Positions 58,026 through 63,949 of a DNA stretch of 63,949 nucleotides are shown piece by piece. A program made the position numbers and the translations under genes. The stretch lies in assembly GCA_946185805.1 (NCBI GenBank), contig CAMHKU010000001.1, positions 1 through 63,949 on the forward strand, in the 5' to 3' direction. Under the pieces are notes generated by a model, which was given only the letters and a program-made list of their open reading frames with translations, was not told the DNA's origin and made no database searches. The DNA is from an uncultured Prevotellaceae bacterium. Lineage in GTDB: Bacteria; Bacteroidota; Bacteroidia; Bacteroidales; Bacteroidaceae. How positions within the stretch are numbered: the stretch's first letter is position 1; the number at the start of each line of letters is the position of its first letter.

Positions 58026-59051
58026 ATGGCAAAGAAAGAAGAAACCGAACAGTTGAACCCGCAACAGGAGAAACTGAAAGCACTGCAGGCGGCCATGTCG
58101 AAGATAGAAAAAGACTTCGGCAAGGGTAGCATCATGAAGTTGGGTGACGAGAAGATAGAAAACGTCGACGTGATTCCCACTGGCAGTATTGCCCTGAACG
58201 CGGCGCTCGGCGTGGGCGGGTATCCCAAAGGACGAATCATCGAAATCTATGGACCGGAGTCCAGCGGTAAAACCACCTTGGCCATCCATGCCATTGCCGA
58301 AGCTCAGAAGCAGGGGGGCATAGCAGCGTTTATTGATGCTGAGCATGCCTTCGACAGGTTTTATGCTGAGAAGTTGGGAGTAGATGTGAACAACCTCTAT
58401 ATCGCTCAGCCCGACAACGGCGAGCAGGCACTGGAGATTGCCGACCAGCTGATACGCTCCAGCGCTGTTGACATTGTGGTGGTAGACTCCGTGGCTGCAC
58501 TGACGCCAAAGAAAGAGATTGAGGGCGACATGGGCGATTCCGCCGTGGGACTGCACGCCCGACTCATGAGCCAGGCACTGCGCAAGCTGACAGGCACCAT
58601 TGCCAAGACCAACACCACGTGCATCTTTATCAACCAGTTGCGCGAGAAGATTGGCGTCATGTTTGGCAATCCGGAGACAACCACCGGCGGTAACGCCCTG
58701 AAGTTCTACGCCTCCGTGCGACTGGATATCCGCAAGGTGACCGCTATCAAGGACGGCGACCAGGTGATTGGAAACCAGGTGCGCGTCAAGGTGGTGAAGA
58801 ACAAGGTGGCGCCTCCGTTCCGCAAGGCAGAGTTTGAAATCACTTTTGGCGAGGGAATCTCGAAGATTGGCGAGATTGTTGACCTCGGCGTGGAGTACGA
58901 CATCATTAAGAAGAGCGGCTCGTGGTTCAGCTATGGCGACCAGAAACTGGCCCAAGGGCGTGATGCTACCAAGGCGCTGCTGAAAGACAATCCCGAACTG
59001 TGCGAGGAGATGGAGGAAAAGATTATGCAGGCCATTGCCGACAAGGCTTGA
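58026..59051 (+). CDS. recA: Recombinase RecA
   Basis: [43 protein letters not shown]. Confidence 0.98.
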   Translation: MAKKEETEQLNPQQEKLKALQAAMSKIEKDFGKGSIMKLGDEKIENVDVIPTGSIALNAALGVGGYPKGRIIEIYGPESSGKTTLAIHAIAEAQKQGGIAAFIDAEHAFDRFYAEKLGVDVNNLYIAQPDNGEQALEIADQLIRSSAVDIVVVDSVAALTPKKEIEGDMGDSAVGLHARLMSQALRKLTGTIAKTNTTCIFINQLREKIGVMFGNPETTTGGNALKFYASVRLDIRKVTAIKDGDQVIGNQVRVKVVKNKVAPPFRKAEFEITFGEGISKIGEIVDLGVEYDIIKKSGSWFSYGDQKLAQGRDATKALLKDNPELCEEMEEKIMQAIADKA

Positions 59052-59059
59052 TCAGCACA

Positions 59060-59108
59060 AAAACTAAAAGCGGAGCGCACATTTTTGGAGCACTCCGCTT
59101 TTAGTTTT
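59060..59108. terminator. Bidirectional terminator
   Basis: AAAACTAAAAGCGGAG...CTCCGCTTTTAGTTTT between convergent genes. Confidence 0.8.
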
Positions 59109-59126
59109 ATCTCTTGAACTTAGTTT

Positions 59127-60530
59127 TTATTTCTTGCTCTTCGCCGCAGAAGACTTCTGTGTCTTTGTCGTCGTACGTTTCCTGGCTTTAGAACGGTCAA
59201 CGTTAGTGCCGGTCACCTTGCCGCTACGATCAAAGTAAACGATGAGCAACTTACCATTCGACCGGTTGTAAATCCAGTCATGACGGCCGTTTGACGATTC
59301 GGCTGTCTGGTTGGGTTCGCCCATAGCCATCGCCACCTCATCTTCTGTCATGCCCAGAATGACACGACCTTGGCGGATAGCGGCACGGACGGCCTGGCTC
59401 TGCTTGCGAACCTTACCCTCGCCCATGGCAAAAAGATAACCGAAATAGTCCTCACGACGGCCGTCAATGTCGCCAGCCACGTTGTCGATATTGGTAAAGG
59501 TGACATCCTTAAAATATATACGGTGGGACTCATTCTCCTTCAGCGTCATTGTGACATAGGAGCTGTTGTTCTTGGGCAGCAGATTCTCAATAATGAACGT
59601 CGTCATACGAGGAACTTTCAAGGTACGCTCCTTACCGTCGCCACGTGAAATCATATTGGTTGTGTACTTGGTGTGAACAACCTTGCCGATATACTGGGCC
59701 AAGTCCTTGGATACTGCCATCAATGCATCCTGCAACTCAAAAGAACCGGCGAACAGGTGCTTGGTGTTGTCCATGATAAACTCGTCATCGCGCATGCCGC
59801 TATTGGTCTTGGAGATAGCTACGTTCTGGAAGTATTCGTTACCTTTCTTGTCCTCGAAAATGATTTTTACAGGGAAGCTGCGGGTTCCTACACCCACTTT
59901 GGTCACCGTGACCTCCTCATTAGGCTCCAGGGTGCGCTCCTGAACACCGTCACCGTCGTATTCGGTATCTACGTAATAGGTTTTCGACTTCAGAAACAAT
60001 GTCTTGCCAACTAACTTGACACGGGCGGTATCTACATCGCCTAAGTAAGCCAATGTGGGAACACCCATCTTCGTATAGCAGTAGTCGTCAAACGAGCCAT
60101 TGGGAATCTCGTAATAATAATTCTTGTTATTATCCTGACAGAGGAAATTGACGTGCGCATGGCCATCGGCACCTACGGAATGGCCTTTGTAAAGCATAAT
60201 CTTATGGCGCAGGGAAACACTGCTCACCTCCTTGCCCGTAGACGCATCACGGAAGGTTTTGACCACCATGTCGTATTTCTCGGGCATCACCATGAATTTC
60301 ATGTCTTCCTTCCAGTCACAAAGGCTGTAAAAGCGGAAATTCTCTGAAATGAAGTCATGAGCCTTCTGACCTTCTCCCTCTTCACCTTCGGCATTGCCCC
60401 CTCCGGCTTCACTACTAACAGCAGTTTTCTTGGCACCTTTCGTCTTCACAATGTAGTCGTTGGTGCTCTGCTGAGCAGACAAAGACATGCAGAAAAGAGA
60501 TAAGCTTGCTGCTAAAAACACTTTTTTCAT
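59127..60530 (-). CDS. Exported hypothetical protein with C-terminal SmpA/OmlA(BamE)-like domain
   Basis: Signal peptide; GMTEDEVAMAMGEP...WIY...VYFD..GKV; promoter TTTG..TATCTTTG at 60567-60598 (minus). Confidence 0.65.
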   Translation of the reverse strand: MKKVFLAASLSLFCMSLSAQQSTNDYIVKTKGAKKTAVSSEAGGGNAEGEEGEGQKAHDFISENFRFYSLCDWKEDMKFMVMPEKYDMVVKTFRDASTGKEVSSVSLRHKIMLYKGHSVGADGHAHVNFLCQDNNKNYYYEIPNGSFDDYCYTKMGVPTLAYLGDVDTARVKLVGKTLFLKSKTYYVDTEYDGDGVQERTLEPNEEVTVTKVGVGTRSFPVKIIFEDKKGNEYFQNVAISKTNSGMRDDEFIMDNTKHLFAGSFELQDALMAVSKDLAQYIGKVVHTKYTTNMISRGDGKERTLKVPRMTTFIIENLLPKNNSSYVTMTLKENESHRIYFKDVTFTNIDNVAGDIDGRREDYFGYLFAMGEGKVRKQSQAVRAAIRQGRVILGMTEDEVAMAMGEPNQTAESSNGRHDWIYNRSNGKLLIVYFDRSGKVTGTNVDRSKARKRTTTKTQKSSAAKSKK

Positions 60531-60648
60531 AGATTATAGTTTTATTGATGATATTAAAATCTGCTGCAAAGATACGACTTACGATGCAAAAAACCAAATT
60601 TTCTTTGACTTTTTCACAATCAAAAAGTATTTACGGCAGAAAGGAAAC

Positions 60649-60722
60649 TGTCAGAGTGTGACAAAATGGCGGAAAGAACAACTAATTTATGCCATTTGTG
60701 TACTTTTGGCACACGCTTTGCT
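60649..60722 (+). promoter_or_regulatory. Sigma-54-type -24/-12 promoter of dnaK with upstream TGTCA/TGACA palindrome
   Basis: TGGCAC-ACGCT-TTGCT at 60707-60722; TGTCA-N5-TGACA at 60649-60663. Confidence 0.65.
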
Positions 60723-60773
60723 GATAAGACGATGACAACTTGAATAATAACAAATAAAAAAATAAAAAGAATT

Positions 60774-62687
60774 ATGGGAAAGATTATTGGAATTGACTTA
60801 GGAACTACAAACAGCTGCGTGGCTGTGTTCGAAGGTAACGAGCCTGTAGTGATTGCCAACAGCGAGGGTAAGCGTACAACACCTTCTGTCGTTGGTTTCG
60901 TTGAGAATGGTGAGCGCAAGATCGGTGACCCTGCCAAGCGTCAGGCTATCACTAACCCGAAGAAGACGGTCTACTCTATCAAACGTTTTATGGGTGAGAA
61001 CTGGCAGCAGACGGAGAAGGAAATCTCGCGCGTACCTTATTCGGTTGTGAACGAGGGCGGCTATCCGCGTGTCGACATCGACGGACGTAAATACACTCCG
61101 CAGGAAATCTCGGCCATGGTGCTGCAGAAGATGAAGAAGACCGCCGAGGACTATCTGGGCCAGGAGGTGACCGACGCTGTTATCACCGTGCCGGCATACT
61201 TCAGCGACTCGCAGCGCCAGGCTACCAAGGAGGCCGGTCAGATTGCTGGTCTGAATGTGAGACGTATCGTCAATGAGCCTACAGCTGCCGCTTTGGCATA
61301 CGGTGTTGACAAGGCTAACAAGGATATGAAGATTGCCGTGTTCGACCTCGGTGGCGGTACGTTCGATATCTCCATCCTGGAGTTCGGCGGCGGCGTGTTC
61401 GAGGTGCTCTCGACCAATGGCGACACGCACCTCGGCGGCGATGACTTTGATCAGGTGATTATTGACTGGCTCGTACAGGAGTTCAAGAACGACGAGGGGG
61501 CTGACCTGAAGGCCGACCCGATGGCTATGCAGCGCCTGAAGGAGGCTGCCGAGAAGGCCAAGATTGAACTGTCGTCGTCGACAAGCACTGAAATCAACCT
61601 GCCGTACATTATGCCTGTCGGCGGTGTGCCCAAGCACCTGGTGAAGACGCTGACACGCGCCAAGTTCGAGCAATTGGCTCACGACCTGATTCAGGCCTGT
61701 CTGGTGCCCTGTCAGAACGCCATGCGCGACGCTGGTCTGAATACTGCCGATATTGACGAGGTCATTCTCGTAGGTGGTTCCAGCCGTATCCCCGCTGTGC
61801 AGACTTTGGTGAAGAACTACTTCGGCAAGGAACCCAGCAAGGGCGTGAACCCCGATGAGGTGGTGGCTGTAGGTGCCTCTATTCAGGGCGCTATCTTGAA
61901 CAAAGAGGGTGGGGTAGGCGACATCGTGCTGCTCGACGTGACCCCGCTGACGCTGGGTATCGAAACCCTCGGCGGCGTGATGACCAAGCTCATTGAGGCT
62001 AACACCACTATCCCCTGCAAGAAGAGTGAGACATTCTCAACGGCTGCCGACAACCAGACGGAGGTGACCATCCACGTGCTGCAGGGTGAGCGACCCATGG
62101 CTGCCCAGAACAAGAGCATCGGTCAGTTCAACTTGACAGGTATCGCTCCCGCCCGTCGTGGTGTGCCTCAGATTGAGGTGACCTTCGACATCGATGCCAA
62201 CGGTATCCTCAAGGTCAGCGCCAAGGATAAGGCCACAGGCAAGGAGCAGGCCATCCGCATCGAGGCCAGCAGCGGTCTGAGTCAGGACGAAATTAACCGC
62301 ATGAAGGCTGAGGCTGAGCAGAACGCCGAGAACGACAAGCGTGAGCGTGAGCGCATCGACAAGATGAACCAGGCCGACTCGATGATCTTCCAGACAGAGA
62401 CCTTCCTCAATGAGAACGGCGACAAGCTCGGTGCCGACAAGGCCAGCGTAGAGCAGGCCGTCCAGCAGCTGAAGGATGCCCACAAGAGCGGCGACATCCA
62501 AGCCATCGACACTGCCATCAACAACCTCAACCAGGTGATGCAGACTGCCTCTCAGAAGATGTACAGTCAAGCCGGCGGTGCCCAGCCCGGCGGCCAGCAG
62601 GCCGGCCCCGGCTTCCAGGGTGGCCAGCAGACCCAGTCGAATCCCAACGACGATGTCCAGGATGCCGACTTCGAGGAGGTCAAATGA
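60774..62687 (+). CDS. dnaK: Chaperone DnaK
   Basis: [38 protein letters not shown]. Confidence 0.98.
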   Translation: MGKIIGIDLGTTNSCVAVFEGNEPVVIANSEGKRTTPSVVGFVENGERKIGDPAKRQAITNPKKTVYSIKRFMGENWQQTEKEISRVPYSVVNEGGYPRVDIDGRKYTPQEISAMVLQKMKKTAEDYLGQEVTDAVITVPAYFSDSQRQATKEAGQIAGLNVRRIVNEPTAAALAYGVDKANKDMKIAVFDLGGGTFDISILEFGGGVFEVLSTNGDTHLGGDDFDQVIIDWLVQEFKNDEGADLKADPMAMQRLKEAAEKAKIELSSSTSTEINLPYIMPVGGVPKHLVKTLTRAKFEQLAHDLIQACLVPCQNAMRDAGLNTADIDEVILVGGSSRIPAVQTLVKNYFGKEPSKGVNPDEVVAVGASIQGAILNKEGGVGDIVLLDVTPLTLGIETLGGVMTKLIEANTTIPCKKSETFSTAADNQTEVTIHVLQGERPMAAQNKSIGQFNLTGIAPARRGVPQIEVTFDIDANGILKVSAKDKATGKEQAIRIEASSGLSQDEINRMKAEAEQNAENDKRERERIDKMNQADSMIFQTETFLNENGDKLGADKASVEQAVQQLKDAHKSGDIQAIDTAINNLNQVMQTASQKMYSQAGGAQPGGQQAGPGFQGGQQTQSNPNDDVQDADFEEVK

Positions 62688-62720
62688 GACGCATAAGTAA
62701 AGACATAACAAAACACTATC

Positions 62721-62755
62721 AAATGGCGTGTAGCTCAATGAGTTACACGCCATTT
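62721..62755 (+). terminator. dnaK terminator, possible integration boundary
   Basis: AAATGGCGTGTAGCTC-AAT-GAGTTACACGCCATTT then T-rich; GC drops from here on. Confidence 0.7.
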
Positions 62756-62981
62756 ACTTTTTATGGGCTCATGTTTTCTATGTGCTTATTCAGCCTTTTT
62801 TTACGGCTTTTTTGTTACATGTGTGTAGCACGACTAAAATGTCGATCAAGTTCGACTAATTACGACTTATCCGTACTTATTCCTACTTAATAGTAGATGA
62901 GATACAGGATGGTTTACTGACAAAATGCAAGTATAACATTTAGGATGCATACTCATATTAACTAATAAAAGTAACAAAAAG

Positions 62982-63155
62982 ATGCCAAAATTAGGAATTG
63001 AAATCAAAAGGAAGTGCAAGTTCTGTGGGAAAGCGTTCATCATAAAGACGCTTGACAGTATTTATTGCTGCAAGAAATGCAGCGAAGCTGCCTATGCACA
63101 AAAGAAGAGAGCAGAAGCCAAAGAAAAGAAACTGGCTTTGTCCGAGGGTATTTGA
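62982..63155 (+). pseudogene. Truncated Cys-rich N-terminus of integrative-element HTH/excisionase-like gene (57 aa)
   Basis: MPKLGIEIKRKCKFCGKAFIIKTLDSIYCCKKCSEAAYAQKKR; stops before any HTH domain. Confidence 0.55.
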
Positions 63156-63378
63156 ATTTTTCTAATTGTCTCGGACAAAAGGTGTACTTTACGTCTTTCT
63201 CATCATATTATTTGAGTTGATGAATACTGATTGAGCATTTGTCCAAGTCTTACAAAAATTTTTGGATAGTGTCGGCCAAATGGCATTTCGCTTTCTTGTG
63301 GCCAATTCTTTCAAAGTGCATTTTTTGCACTTTGAATTGCACTTAGGGAACTCTTACCAAAAGCAGAGACAATGATTC

Positions 63379-63702
63379 TTAACTATTATTATCGTCCAAC
63401 AACATCAATCCTTTTAACGTCAGCAAATAACGTTGACGGGGATGATGGGGATTGGCAGGATACTTCATACACACAAATCCTTCTCTTATTGCTGGTGTGA
63501 GAGAATAATCCATAAAGTTCGGACGGTTCTTCAAACCTACAGCCTCCATCATGCTCTTCACACTCATTTCTTCTTTACCGATTGCCAATACCAAACGTGT
63601 AACATTCTCAGAAGATGGTTGTATGTCGATTGAACTTGTATGGGTACTTGTATGGGTACTTGTATGGGTGTCGTTCTCGTCATCCTTATATCCAATCAGC
63701 AT
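63379..63702 (-). CDS. Fic-like C-terminal HTH domain protein or fragment
   Basis: THTS x3 (12-bp x3 at 63634-63669), MMEAVGLKNRPNF..LTPAI..G..MKYP..P.HPRQRYLLT.KG. Confidence 0.6.
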   Translation of the reverse strand: MLIGYKDDENDTHTSTHTSTHTSSIDIQPSSENVTRLVLAIGKEEMSVKSMMEAVGLKNRPNFMDYSLTPAIREGFVCMKYPANPHHPRQRYLLTLKGLMLLDDNNS

Positions 63703-63949
63703 ATATCGATTCTTACTGTAACAATCAGCTTCTCAATATCATATTGACTGAGAGAGGTTTCTTGGGGGGCTCGCGATTTGCGACAACCTTTATAGTTTCG
63801 TCCTCTTTCTTCTTGTTTTTTTGCCTTATATTCTTATAACGTTTTTGATTTCTGTTCTATTGCTCAATACAGCATCTTCTATCTTCCTTCAGACATCTTA
63901 AATGTGATATCAATTTCGCATCTGCAGGCAGCCACTTTACACTATTCAA

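Noticed and set aside
63703-63949. Upstream continuation of the Fic-like gene
   Set aside because: Frames examined contain stops and no recognisable Fic motif; cannot be supported at the window edge
1-63949. tRNA, rRNA, intact transposase/integrase, or defence systems
   Set aside because: None recognised by eye; tRNAscan, Rfam and DefenseFinder were not run

Overview
Bacteroidota window that looks like a Prevotellaceae chromosome (TAnnTTTG promoters, SusC/SusD, HTCS, T9SS-type C-termini, high GC3). It holds dispersed pectin/rhamnogalacturonan-I utilisation genes: uxaA with a LacI regulator; GH28 and CE12; PL22-like, GH35-like, PKD protein, GH105 and HTCS; SusC-SusD-PL11-DUF362-GH2; and ExbB/ExbD/ExbD with a ricin/LamG protein. 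These are mixed with housekeeping genes (nadE, trmB, mrp, nadD, folA, class I fumarase, nagB, recA, dnaK). A low-GC integrative-element remnant follows dnaK. The most unusual signal is non-genic. Dense 7-nt-period tandem arrays fill intergenic spacers, often supply stop codons, and are inserted in frame in many proteins. Small palindromic elements also recur in frame in unrelated genes. A composite spacer cassette occurs in filled and empty forms, and there is a 401-bp element with 34-bp perfect terminal inverted repeats. All product calls come from reading motifs by eye; no database searches were run.
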